From assembly GCA_045627385.1 (NCBI GenBank), contig JAZQNO010000020.1:11475-75474 (forward strand): 64,000 nt of DNA. The letters are read 5' to 3'. Each line of letters opens with the position of its first letter. Within the stretch, counting starts at the first letter, position 1. The notes beneath the pieces were generated by a model that was given only the letters and a program-made list of their open reading frames with translations, made no database searches and was not told the origin of the DNA. The DNA comes from Bacteroidales bacterium (GTDB taxonomy: Bacteria > Bacteroidota > Bacteroidia > Bacteroidales > UBA1402). Both the position numbers and the translations under genes were made by a program. Shown piece after piece: positions 22,101-31,092 of this stretch.

Positions 22101-23695
22101 CAGATGTCGCTGGAATCGGCCGTGGTGGCGCGGTTGAGCAAGTGGATGCGGTCGGTGGCGTTGCTGATGTAGCCGACGGTCGGGGCGTCTTCATCCTTTT
22201 CGTACCAGTCGTTGAAACCGCTCACTTTCAGGTCGGAAATGTACAAAGCGGATTTCTGGTTCTCCAGATAGGCCGGCAGGATGCGGATGCTGAACTTGCC
22301 GTTGGCCATGATGGAGTCGGGAAGAGGCAGGCTGACATGCGACATCTGAGGCTCCTCGGTGGCGGCGTCGTAGGCGTTTCTGAAAAAGCCCAGCACGACC
22401 CATTCGCTGTCACCTTGGCGCTGCAGGGCCACGGCTATGGAGTCGGGACAGTCCATCGGGTTGCCGTTGCGGATTTCGAAATCGAAATCGAGCGTCATCT
22501 CCTGGCATCCGGTGGCGGTTCCGCTCAGCTGGAACCAGTTGCGGTGGAATTCGCCGTTCTCGTAGCCCATCGTGTCGGGCTTGACGGCATATCCGGCGCC
22601 GTCGACCTCATCGGCCTCCAAATCGTCGATGGCGGTGCAGAAGCGCTGGCTGGCATCGTCGTAGCCCACGGTCATGCCCTTTTCTGCCGAACAGGTGAGC
22701 AGCACGCGGACGATGCCTAGATCGGAGGCGTATTTGGCGTAACGGGCCGTTTCCACATCGCTCTCGGTGAGCTGATAGGAAAGGTCGACCGTGCCGGATG
22801 TCTTGGGCCGGTAAAGGTTGGTCCATCCGAAGACGGTGCCGTCGAATTCGGGCACTTCGCCCTTGTCAATGCGTCCGTACACTTTGATGCGGTTGATGTT
22901 GATGGGCATGAAGATGCCCCAGCGCTGTCCTTTGTAATACTTGTTGGTGCCGTCCCAGATCTGAACGGCCTTGTAGGCGCCGTGGTCGCTCCAGAGGTTG
23001 CCGGCTTCCTTCACGAAAAAATCCTTGAAGCAGGCCAGAATGACGATGTCAAGGGAATCCTGGCCTTCGATGGGGGTGGGCCGGATGCCGATTTTCTTGA
23101 TGGAGCCGGCGTCGGTGCCGTACCAGTGGAAATGCGATTCGTCGCGGCCGAGGGCTTTCTCATAGACCATCAGGCCGTAGCCGTAGCCGGCCACACCGCC
23201 GCCTTGGATGTAAATGGAGTCGCAATCCTTGGGAATGCGCACGACAATGGAGTCGGAGGGACGGTTGTAGGCGTTGATGTCCTGGTTGTAGTACCAGAGG
23301 TATCCTGTCTTCTGTTCTTCGGTGATGCCGCGCTTCTTTTTCCACTCGAGGGCGCCCACCTGGAAAGGACCGTTTTCGTTGGCGTTGTCCTGGGGTATCT
23401 TCAGACCCCAGACATTCTGACCGCTCAGAGCGCTTGAGGACATGGTGGCCGGGTAGCCCAGCTGTTCGGGCGTGCCGGCGACGTAGATGCCGCAGTTGCA
23501 CAGTGTGACGTGCTCCGACAGGAACAGTCTGACGCTGCCTGGGTCGGTGGTGAAGTTTTCGACTGCATAGGCCGAATCTGAAAGACAACCGGTGTCGTAG
23601 ATGATGTAGTCGTCGGGATCGGTGATGATGGCCTTGGCGTCGGGCATGGCGGCTGCCAGTAGGCACAGCAGGGAGAAGAAACGGATTTTGTTCAT
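19142..23695 (-). CDS. 1517-aa T9SS-secreted multidomain protein with two tandem DUF4957/DUF5123-like beta-helix modules and uncharacterised N-terminal domains
   Basis: SPI signal MNKIRFFSLLCLLAAAMPDAKA; two modules starting V.N..ELK.A and ending S.L.TAG..G..LG; C-terminal VCDLSGRVL...GLYIVRL T9SS CTD; -7 element TATATTTG at 23719-23726 (minus). Confidence 0.75.
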   Translation of the reverse strand: MNKIRFFSLLCLLAAAMPDAKAIITDPDDYIIYDTGCLSDSAYAVENFTTDPGSVRLFLSEHVTLCNCGIYVAGTPEQLGYPATMSSSALSGQNVWGLKIPQDNANENGPFQVGALEWKKKRGITEEQKTGYLWYYNQDINAYNRPSDSIVVRIPKDCDSIYIQGGGVAGYGYGLMVYEKALGRDESHFHWYGTDAGSIKKIGIRPTPIEGQDSLDIVILACFKDFFVKEAGNLWSDHGAYKAVQIWDGTNKYYKGQRWGIFMPININRIKVYGRIDKGEVPEFDGTVFGWTNLYRPKTSGTVDLSYQLTESDVETARYAKYASDLGIVRVLLTCSAEKGMTVGYDDASQRFCTAIDDLEADEVDGAGYAVKPDTMGYENGEFHRNWFQLSGTATGCQEMTLDFDFEIRNGNPMDCPDSIAVALQRQGDSEWVVLGFFRNAYDAATEEPQMSHVSLPLPDSIMANGKFSIRILPAYLENQKSALYISDLKVSGFNDWYEKDEDAPTVGYISNATDRIHLLNRATTADSSDIWLKSLMQSKNYRVKLFTQAETAGLDSEEAVKAAFADCDAVVLSEYPGSGADVVKNAKYLIGYKPFLNLKAFAYKNWGSGFTQNNGDNDSLAVIASNFLIHPLFNGISLTEQGEHLLTPSFFKDNSQTGKYFQGFTYTEEPSGYVIGRGVHSGIVNMYEDYSNDAAKYLMLAICADQNTNLNEEGLKLLDNALSYLLSAGHFEAPDFNLTTTGATVDNTAELKSALAYDFSVIGNTEPLILLKTSTDGDARYDLSQLVSAGRGKITLQPYDVHQSVVFKGSFQPTSLDLEKLLFKGVTFENGTPFKLGDNLQLSEGFFIEDCRFESLASLLEAKSDASSKIACISLKSSRLNQCATGGSLFCVEGIVADSLYIGENIFENCRPDTWIAWNSQNDLSQLVLKHNIFFQTAQAGASTLVALNASGHTALLDLSDNIFHQTGKTSLALDALGDSSELMARYNLFSDGLADWASDPSNMIPDDLSIGQLFADGIVLDLTSDLFTAGEGRSYLGARMAYATRTEPRTVSVSNVPELKTAIEIAIGGDVILLEDFYESPADTCDVYFLGSTGFAYPRTSGTIQIKAAEDAHPKLFGRITTNRSSRCDTLIYEGLTWVDSTWFEGYDKEAYNPFFFNCANDTVSGLFVIRNCQFYDQEVQVTLRSRAAAAGSYYGGIWVENCRFENNGGSLPDGKLGGHLFQLDASATYTLNRFTFINNVVSNFHGSQMFNLGRSGSTSDLNFSIRIDNNLFYKIGGNASDKLRSFLEFASVPSGSTVDISIANNIFCKRWSNVNYPVALLALYAADSTVTSDIRVTNNLFEGRYYTGDESLTANPVAPTNSTQNLALADSKGNMVEEDDNNLVAVNRSNDLYLYTMGLDHIFADESLLSISLQSPLYTAGLNGAPLGPEWLYVTVDGLSRNIEADKSQLYGWSDRQGQLNLHSAEGGQLQVCDLSGRVLYNAGIAAGTTSLNGFQTGLYIVRLDNAAAAVRVK

Positions 23696-23792
23696 AGTGT
23701 TGGGGAGATTGTTGTTCGCAAATATATTAATTTTTTTCTCGTTGCCGTCTTTTTCCGTATCTTTGTTGGATATTAATGACTGGATTTCATTT

Positions 23793-24218
23793 ATGGGAAG
23801 ACTGCTGGCCATTGACTACGGACTGAAACGCACGGGCATCGCCGTGAGCGATCCCCTGCAACTGATTGCAAACGGTCTGACGACTGTGGAAACCGCCCGG
23901 CTGATGGACTGGCTCAAGGACTATCTGTCGCGCGAGAAAGTCGACACGCTGGTGCTTGGCCTGCCCCGTCAGATGAGCGGCCGCGAGTCGGCCACGATGC
24001 CTTATATCAGGCAGTTCGCCGCTGAGTTTCAAAAGCGTTTTCCCGACTGTCCGGTGGCTTTTTCCGACGAGCGCTTCACTTCGGTGCTGGCACATCAGGC
24101 CATGCTCGAGGGCGGTCTGAAAAAGAAGGACCGCCAGAACAAACCTCTGGTGGACTGCATCAGCGCCACCATCATTTTGCAGGGCTACATGGAATCCAGG
24201 CTAAACCAACAGCGTTGA
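23793..24218 (+). CDS. ruvX: YqgF/RuvX family nuclease (pre-16S rRNA processing)
   Basis: LLAIDYGLKRTGIAVSD, DERFTS, VDCISATIILQGY; -7 element TATCTTTG at 23758-23765. Confidence 0.95.
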   Translation: MGRLLAIDYGLKRTGIAVSDPLQLIANGLTTVETARLMDWLKDYLSREKVDTLVLGLPRQMSGRESATMPYIRQFAAEFQKRFPDCPVAFSDERFTSVLAHQAMLEGGLKKKDRQNKPLVDCISATIILQGYMESRLNQQR

Positions 24219-24226
24219 TTTCTGTC
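24202..24226 (+). promoter_or_regulatory. Candidate ECF-sigma promoter upstream of def
   Basis: TAAACC-N15-TGTC, 24 nt before def ATG; same geometry as the two copies at the ECF locus. Confidence 0.55.
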
Positions 24227-24250
24227 CAAACCTCATCAATACGTTTCAGT

Positions 24251-24805
24251 ATGCAATTGCCTATCTATCTCTACGGTCAGCCGGTTCTCCGGAACGAGAC
24301 CGAGGACATCGCCGCCGACTATCCCAAGCTCTCTGAGCTGCTCGACAATATGTACGAAACTCTGCTCAAGGCCGACGGCGTCGGTCTGGCCGCTCCGCAG
24401 GTCGGCCTGGGCATCCGTCTGTTTGTCATCGATCTGCGCCCGCTGGCAGACGAGGATCCCGCTTTCAAGGATTATACGAAAACTTTCATCAATCCTGAAA
24501 TACTCGAGTTTTCCGAAGAGAAGGAATCGATGGAGGAGGGCTGTCTGAGCATCCCGGGCATCCACGAGTCGGTCAGTCGCAGCACGCGTATCCGCATTGC
24601 CTATCAGGATGAAAAGTTCGAGGAGCACGACGAATGGTTCGAAGGCTTCCCGGCGCGCGTCATCCAGCACGAGTACGACCATCTGGAAGGCCACGTGTTT
24701 ACCGACCGCATCACGCCCATCCGCAAGCAACTGGTCAAGGCCAAGTTGCTCAACATCGTCAAGGGCCGTGTCTACTGTGACTACAAGGTGAAATTGGCCA
24801 AATGA
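24251..24805 (+). CDS. def: Peptide deformylase
   Basis: GVGLAAPQVG, EGCLSIPG, QHEYDHLEG. Confidence 0.97.
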   Translation: MQLPIYLYGQPVLRNETEDIAADYPKLSELLDNMYETLLKADGVGLAAPQVGLGIRLFVIDLRPLADEDPAFKDYTKTFINPEILEFSEEKESMEEGCLSIPGIHESVSRSTRIRIAYQDEKFEEHDEWFEGFPARVIQHEYDHLEGHVFTDRITPIRKQLVKAKLLNIVKGRVYCDYKVKLAK

Positions 24806-26874
24806 AGCCTCCCATGGGTATCGGCGGAAATGGAAAATCTCTCAGAAAGTATTTGCTGACCGTCCTTTTCGGAATGTCGGCCCTGTTTGCCTCTGCCCAG
24901 CTCAACACTGACCGCCTGATGGCTATCGGGCGCAATGCGCTTTATTTCGACGACTACATTCTCTCGATCCAGTATTTCAACCAGGTCATCAAGGTGAAGC
25001 CTTATCTGGCCGACCCTTATCTTTTCCGCGCCATCGCCAAATTGAGTCTGGAAGACTATCAGGGAGCCGAAGACGACTGCACGGAAGCGCTCCAGCGCAA
25101 TCCTTTCATGGTGAGAGCCTATTACTGCCGCAGTTATGCGCGGATGAACCTGAAGGACTACCGCGGTTCCATCGAAGACTGCCAGAAAGGACTGGAGTTC
25201 GATACGGAAAACAGTTCTCTGATGCTGAACAAGGCCATTTCGCGCCTTTATGCCGAGCAGTACGACTCGGCCCGGATTGACCTGGACAATCTCATCGACC
25301 GCTTTCCCAGAAACATGTACGCCTATATGAGCCGCGGCCAGCTGTGCATTGCCGTCGACGACACGCTGGGCGCCATCGACGATTTCAGCCGTGCCATTTC
25401 GGTGGACCGCTACTATGCGCCGGCTTATGCGGCCCGGGCCTATGTCTCCCTGCTGCGTGAAAGCTATACCGACGCCATTCCCGACCTCAACGAGGCTATC
25501 CGCCTGGAACCCGACAACGAAGGCTACTACATCAACCGCGGTCTGGCCCGCTACTATACGCACGACTACCGTGGCGTGCTGAGCGATTTCGACCGCGTGC
25601 TGCAGCTCAATCCCAATTCGGTGGAGACCTACTACAACCGTGGTCTGATCCGGGCCGAGGTGGGCGATGACAACCGCGCCATCGAAGATTTCGACAAGGT
25701 CATCTATCTGGATCCGGACAACGACATGGCCATTTACAATCGGGCGCTGCTGCGGGAGAACACGGGCGACCTGGCCGGTGCGGAAGAAGACCTGAATGTG
25801 ATCATCGACCGCTATCCGCAGTTTATCCCAGCCTATTACCAGCGTTCGGAACTTCGCCGCAAGCGGGGCGATGCCAAGGGGGCCGACAAGGATTATTTCG
25901 ATGCCTGGGACCTGGAGAACAAACTGCGTGAAGACCGTGCCGCCGGCCGTCGTTTTTCGGCCCGGGGCGACCGTCAGGAGGATGGGAAGGACGACAATGG
26001 CAAGGTGCGTCACGCCGACGAAACCGACATCAGCAAGTACAACCGTGTGATTGTGGCCGAGTCGGACGCCTCGCAGACGGCCCGCTATGCCAATCCCATC
26101 CGTGGCAACGTGCAGAATTTCAATGTGGACATCCAGTCTGAACCGATGTTTGTGTTGACTTTCTATGAAACGGAGAACTATGTGGAACGCCGTCGGGCGA
26201 TGAATATGGAAGCCTATCTGCAGCCTCTGACCGAACATTCGGCGGAGAATCTGCTGGTTACCAATGCGCCCAAGGCATTGGATACGCCTCAGGCAAACCG
26301 TCATTTCGCTTCGGTGGACCGCCACTCGAAGCAGATAGCGGAGGACGGCCGCAATGCGCGGCTCTATTTCGCCCGCGCCATCGATTTTTCGCTCATCAAG
26401 GATGTGGACAATGCCATCAAAGATCTCGACAGGGCGCTGACGCTGGACGAAGGCTTTGTGCTGGCCTATTTCGAACGGGCCAATCTGCGTTTCAGCCGCA
26501 TGATGTTCGAAATGTCCGAAAACCAGGATTCGGGTCAGGACGAAATGACTCCGTCGGACCAGTCCTTCAGCTCGGATTATCTGCTGGTGATGCAGGATTA
26601 CGACCGTCTGCTCGATGTGGATCCGGCATTCGTCTATGCCTGGTACAACCGCGGCTATATCCATTGCATGCAGAAGGATTACCGCAGTGCGCTGGAAGAC
26701 TACGACAAGGCCATCGGAATCAGTCCCGAATTTGCCGAAGCCTGGTTCAACCGCGGTCTCACCCATATCTATCTCGGTCAGCGAGAACAGGGCCTGCGCG
26801 ATTTGAGCCGCGCCGGCGAACTGGGCATCTACAAGGCCTACAACATCATCAAGCGTTTTTCCGACAACAACTGA
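24802..26874 (+). CDS. Secreted tetratricopeptide-repeat protein
   Basis: Signal peptide, many TPR units (AYYNRG / A..DY.KAI pattern); ATGA overlap with def. Confidence 0.88.
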   Translation: MKPPMGIGGNGKSLRKYLLTVLFGMSALFASAQLNTDRLMAIGRNALYFDDYILSIQYFNQVIKVKPYLADPYLFRAIAKLSLEDYQGAEDDCTEALQRNPFMVRAYYCRSYARMNLKDYRGSIEDCQKGLEFDTENSSLMLNKAISRLYAEQYDSARIDLDNLIDRFPRNMYAYMSRGQLCIAVDDTLGAIDDFSRAISVDRYYAPAYAARAYVSLLRESYTDAIPDLNEAIRLEPDNEGYYINRGLARYYTHDYRGVLSDFDRVLQLNPNSVETYYNRGLIRAEVGDDNRAIEDFDKVIYLDPDNDMAIYNRALLRENTGDLAGAEEDLNVIIDRYPQFIPAYYQRSELRRKRGDAKGADKDYFDAWDLENKLREDRAAGRRFSARGDRQEDGKDDNGKVRHADETDISKYNRVIVAESDASQTARYANPIRGNVQNFNVDIQSEPMFVLTFYETENYVERRRAMNMEAYLQPLTEHSAENLLVTNAPKALDTPQANRHFASVDRHSKQIAEDGRNARLYFARAIDFSLIKDVDNAIKDLDRALTLDEGFVLAYFERANLRFSRMMFEMSENQDSGQDEMTPSDQSFSSDYLLVMQDYDRLLDVDPAFVYAWYNRGYIHCMQKDYRSALEDYDKAIGISPEFAEAWFNRGLTHIYLGQREQGLRDLSRAGELGIYKAYNIIKRFSDNN

Positions 26875-26889
26875 TTATCATATGAACCG

Positions 26890-28818
26890 ATGAAACGGAT
26901 TTCTACTCTTTCAATTCTCCTGTGTGTCTCCATTCTGGCCTGGGCGGGAGAATCTCTGTTGGGATGGGCCTGCTACGAAGGTCTCGGTCTGGCCGGCACG
27001 TACGGTGGAATGACCGGAAAGACCGTCCATGTGGACAACCGCGAAGATTTGGCCCGATATGCCATGATGGAAGAACCGCTCACGATTGTCATCGACAAGG
27101 ACTTGAGCGGGGCTGGCCTGGATGACCGCAAGGATTTCATCTATATCGGCAGCGACAAGACCATCGTCGGTGCCGGCGACGGCATCCTGCTCAACGGCCT
27201 GGGTCTGGAACTGCAGGGACAGAGCAACGTCATCATCCGCAACCTCACGATTACAAAGGCCAAACCCGACGGGCTGGCCCTGCGCAACTGCCACCACATC
27301 TGGGTGGACCATAGCGATTTCTCTTCGGCCGACGACGGACTGCTCGACCTGACGCTCGGTTCTGACTTCATGACGGTTTCCTGGTGCCGCTTCCACCATC
27401 ACAACAAGGTGTCGCTGGCCAATTCGGGAACGGGCCATTCCGAGGATATCGGCAAGGAACGGGTCACCTACCATCACAACTGGTATTACGACGCCGTGCA
27501 GCGCAATCCCCGCGTCGGATACGGCAAAGGACATGTCTTCAACAACCTGTATACGCGCATCTCTTCCTATTGCGTGGGCTTCTTCTGCCGCGCCGAAGTG
27601 CTGGTCGAAAACAACAGTTTCCACGAGTCGGCCGCTTCGGTCCGTCAGATGTACAACGATTATCCGGGTTCGGCCTACTATGGCCTGTGTCTGACGAGGG
27701 GCAATCTCTACGACCGGACACCCTCGAAGGAATATCAGGACGATGTCTTCGATCCGGAAGATTTCTATTCTTACCGCTTCGCGCTAGATCCTGCCGAACA
27801 GGTCGAACAGAAGGTGCTGGCCTTTTCCGGTCCGCAGCCCGGCATCGCCGAAGATCTGATCCTGTATCCCGGCGACGGCACGCTCGACTATCAGGCTTCG
27901 CGTCTGATGTGGTCGAAGACAGGTGAAGAACAGAAGTGGATCCTTTCTTGGGGAACCGACAAGGAAAATCTTCAGAATCAAGAAATTGAAGATGCTTTCT
28001 GTGAATTGCCTCTGGATGCCGCCACCACTTATTTCTGGCAGGTCAAGGCGCTTATGAAAGATGGTTCCACGCGTGTCAGCCAGCTCAACCGCCTGAGCAC
28101 CGCTCCGGCACAGGCCAGCCGTCCGATGCCTGCCGACGGCAGTAAGAACGCCGCTCTCTATGTCGGCGCACAACGCTATTCGCTCAGTGCCGCTCCCTTG
28201 ACCTGGACGCCGGCCCGCGGCGCTGTCAAAGAACAGGTTTATGTGGGGACCACGCGCAAACTGACTGCCGCCAACCTGGTGCAGGATTCCGACCAGAGTG
28301 TCTTTTGGCCGGAGACGGGTTGGGATTTCAACCGCACCTATTATTGGAAGGTAGTCAGTCAGCTGGCCGACGGAAGCAGGGTGGAAAGTCCGGTCTGGTC
28401 TTTTTCATCGCAGCTTCCCGCGCTCAAGCCGGGTTTGACCGAGTGCGAGACGATGGCGCTTTCCGGACGGGCTTTCCAGGAACTGGTCGACTCCAAATGG
28501 TTCCAACCTTCTCAAGGACTGGTGGCCATGGCAGAATCGGGCATGGGCCTGATCAGTGGCGTATGGGCCGGTAAAAAAGGTGAGTACCGCATCTCGGTGA
28601 CCTATTTCGACGAAAAGGACGGACGCAGCCAGTGGCGCCTTCTCGTCAACGGCGAGGAAGCCGATGCCTGGCGCGGGGATTTGGACAACGAACAGCTGGT
28701 CTCGCATCAGTGTCCGACAGTCAGCCTCAAGCCTGGCGATGTCATCTCATTGGAAATCGTACAGCAGCGCGGCGAACAGGCCCGCACGGACTGTATCTCA
28801 ATAGAATCCGTCAAATGA
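26890..28818 (+). CDS. Multimodular PL1 pectate/pectin lyase with two FN3-like domains and a C-terminal CBM6/35-like domain
   Basis: NVIIRNL, IWVDH, DGLLD, HNKVSL, RNPRV PL1 motifs; YFWQVKA and YYWKVVSQ FN3-like ends; SPI signal; no CTD. Confidence 0.85.
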   Translation: MKRISTLSILLCVSILAWAGESLLGWACYEGLGLAGTYGGMTGKTVHVDNREDLARYAMMEEPLTIVIDKDLSGAGLDDRKDFIYIGSDKTIVGAGDGILLNGLGLELQGQSNVIIRNLTITKAKPDGLALRNCHHIWVDHSDFSSADDGLLDLTLGSDFMTVSWCRFHHHNKVSLANSGTGHSEDIGKERVTYHHNWYYDAVQRNPRVGYGKGHVFNNLYTRISSYCVGFFCRAEVLVENNSFHESAASVRQMYNDYPGSAYYGLCLTRGNLYDRTPSKEYQDDVFDPEDFYSYRFALDPAEQVEQKVLAFSGPQPGIAEDLILYPGDGTLDYQASRLMWSKTGEEQKWILSWGTDKENLQNQEIEDAFCELPLDAATTYFWQVKALMKDGSTRVSQLNRLSTAPAQASRPMPADGSKNAALYVGAQRYSLSAAPLTWTPARGAVKEQVYVGTTRKLTAANLVQDSDQSVFWPETGWDFNRTYYWKVVSQLADGSRVESPVWSFSSQLPALKPGLTECETMALSGRAFQELVDSKWFQPSQGLVAMAESGMGLISGVWAGKKGEYRISVTYFDEKDGRSQWRLLVNGEEADAWRGDLDNEQLVSHQCPTVSLKPGDVISLEIVQQRGEQARTDCISIESVK

Positions 28819-31091
28819 AGAAATCGTTTTTGTGGGGAATTGCCCTTACTCTTTTCCCCTTTTTCGCTCTTGATGCGCAGGAACCGGTGTTCAGCGAACC
28901 GGGCGGTCTGCGCACCGAAGCTTTCCAACTGAGTCTGAGCCCTTCGATGGAAGGTCTGCAGGTTTACTACACGCTCGACGGTCGGCGTCCGACCCGACAG
29001 AACGCCCACTTGTACGAATCGCCGATAGAAATCGCCAAGAATACCGTGGTGAGCGCTTTCTGCGCCGATCCTGCGGCTGGTGACGGGGCGATTGTGACAG
29101 CCACCTATCTGTTTGTGGATGACGTGCTTTCGCAGTCGGATTCGCCCGAAGGATACCCCTCTGGCTGGAGCATTTCTTCGGTCAGCGGCAAGGACACGGC
29201 TTTCTTTCCCGCGGACTATGGAATGGACTCGGCCATCTGTCAGTCGGCCTCTTACAAAAGCTTGATGTCGAGTGCACTGATGTCTTTGCCGACGCTTTGT
29301 CTGGTGACGGATGCTTCCAATCTATTCTCCCATTCGACCGATGAAGAGACGGGCGGCATTTATATCCATACCGGCAAGTCGTCGGGCAGTTACGGCAAAG
29401 AGTGGGAGCGTCCGGCCTCTTTGGAATATTACGATCCGCAGACGGGAAAATCTTTCCAGATCAACTGCGGACTTCGTCTGCACGGCGGCAACAGCCGCAA
29501 TCCGAGCAATTCGCCCAAGCATTCGTTCCGTGTCTCTTTCCGCACCGAATATGGCGACAGCAAACTGAAATTCCGCATTTTCGGCGACAAGTCGACCACC
29601 AAGAAGTTTGACCATCTGATTTTCCGTGCCGGATACAACTACACTTGGATTGTGAACGGAAGCAAGTCGCTGTATGCCAACAAGATTGTCCAGCGTCGGA
29701 ATGCCCAGTACATTTTGGATTCCTTTGCCAAGGAAGTGCATGCGGCTATGGGAAATCCGATTACGCACCGCCGGTTTGCGCATCTCTATCTCAACGGCAT
29801 CTACTGGGGCATGTATGAGATCAGCGAAAAGATAAACAACGATTTCGTACAGGCCTATCTGGGCGGAAAAGACGAAGATTACGACGTGGTGGGTGACCAC
29901 AACGAGACGATTGACGGCACTCGGGATATCTACAGCAAGATGTATGCCGCCGCCAAAGCGGTCACTTCGAGCGCCAATGACAAGAATTACGCGCTGCTGC
30001 TCGACAGTGCCTGGCTGGATATGGCCAACTACATCGACTATATGCTGGTGAACTGGTACATAGGTAACGAAGACTGGGGCGAGAACAACTGGCGTACGGC
30101 CCGCAGCCGTGTGGATCCGGGAAATGGTTTCACCTGGTTTGTCTGGGATGCAGAGACGTCGCTGACGGCTGTTGATATCAACAAGGTGACTTTCACGAAG
30201 GGCGATCCCTGCGTGATGATGAAGTCTCTCAAGAACCATCCGGAATTCAAGATGCTGATGGCTGACCGCATTCACCGTCATCTCTTCAACGACGGCATCC
30301 TGACGCCCGACAGCGCGGCTGCTCTCTACAGCCGTCTGGCCGACGGCATTTCGCTGGCTGTGATTGCCGAATCGGCCCGTTGGGGCGATTACCGGCTGAC
30401 GAAGACGGGCGAGGCGGAAGAGACTTACACGCGGGACGACTATTGGCTGCCGCGTTATGTTGACCTTCTGGAAAACTATTTCCCGCTGCGCACGGAATTT
30501 CTGTTGGACCAGCTGATAGCGGCAGACTGTTATCCGAAAGTCGCTGCGCCTGAATGTTCGCGCTGGGGCGGTACATTCAAGGAAAAGGAAATCGCTCTGG
30601 CTCTGACGGCGCCCGCCGGCACTGTCTGGTACACCCTCGACGGGAGCGACCCGCGCGAAGCTTACACGTCGAAAGTATCTTCTTCGGCTGTCAAATATCA
30701 GGATTCCATCCGTCTGAGCCGTTCCGACGAGGACACGCTGGCGTGCGTGACTCTGAAGGCCCGTTGTCTGTCGGGCAGCACCTGGTCGGCGCTGACGGAA
30801 TTTGAGTACCGTCTTGAAAAGGAACAGGTCGTCGATGCGCTTCCGATGCTGGAACGCTTCGATGCCTCTGTGGCTTATTGCAATGGAAATCTGGAGTTTG
30901 CAGTGCCTGAAAACGGCGATGCCGTCTGGATGGTCTATACGCTCGAAGGTCGGTTCGTGGCCGAAGGTCTGGTGCCTGACTGCAGTGCCGGACAGATTCG
31001 GTCGGTGTCTCTGGAACTGTCGGAAGGCGGGTATCTCTACCGGCTGGTCAGCGGCGGCAGATGCCGCACGGGAAAGTTCCTGGCCCGCTGA
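28815..31091 (+). CDS. CotH-kinase-family protein with flanking FN3-associated/chitobiase-C-like domains and T9SS CTD
   Basis: YYTLDGRRPT and WYTLDGSDP repeats; KHSFRVSFR, YLNGIYWGMYEISEK, GNEDWGENNW, WDAE; CTD VYTLEGR...GGYLYRL; ATGA overlap with PL1. Confidence 0.82.
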   Translation: MKKSFLWGIALTLFPFFALDAQEPVFSEPGGLRTEAFQLSLSPSMEGLQVYYTLDGRRPTRQNAHLYESPIEIAKNTVVSAFCADPAAGDGAIVTATYLFVDDVLSQSDSPEGYPSGWSISSVSGKDTAFFPADYGMDSAICQSASYKSLMSSALMSLPTLCLVTDASNLFSHSTDEETGGIYIHTGKSSGSYGKEWERPASLEYYDPQTGKSFQINCGLRLHGGNSRNPSNSPKHSFRVSFRTEYGDSKLKFRIFGDKSTTKKFDHLIFRAGYNYTWIVNGSKSLYANKIVQRRNAQYILDSFAKEVHAAMGNPITHRRFAHLYLNGIYWGMYEISEKINNDFVQAYLGGKDEDYDVVGDHNETIDGTRDIYSKMYAAAKAVTSSANDKNYALLLDSAWLDMANYIDYMLVNWYIGNEDWGENNWRTARSRVDPGNGFTWFVWDAETSLTAVDINKVTFTKGDPCVMMKSLKNHPEFKMLMADRIHRHLFNDGILTPDSAAALYSRLADGISLAVIAESARWGDYRLTKTGEAEETYTRDDYWLPRYVDLLENYFPLRTEFLLDQLIAADCYPKVAAPECSRWGGTFKEKEIALALTAPAGTVWYTLDGSDPREAYTSKVSSSAVKYQDSIRLSRSDEDTLACVTLKARCLSGSTWSALTEFEYRLEKEQVVDALPMLERFDASVAYCNGNLEFAVPENGDAVWMVYTLEGRFVAEGLVPDCSAGQIRSVSLELSEGGYLYRLVSGGRCRTGKFLAR

Positions 31092-31092
31092 T

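Noticed and set aside
18956-23790. tRNA-Ser as integration site for the large T9SS gene
   Set aside because: No integrase, no duplicated tRNA 3' end near 23700, and no obvious compositional break
24781-26766. 661-aa ORF opposite the TPR gene
   Set aside because: Shadow ORF; its apparent repetitiveness mirrors the TPR periodicity
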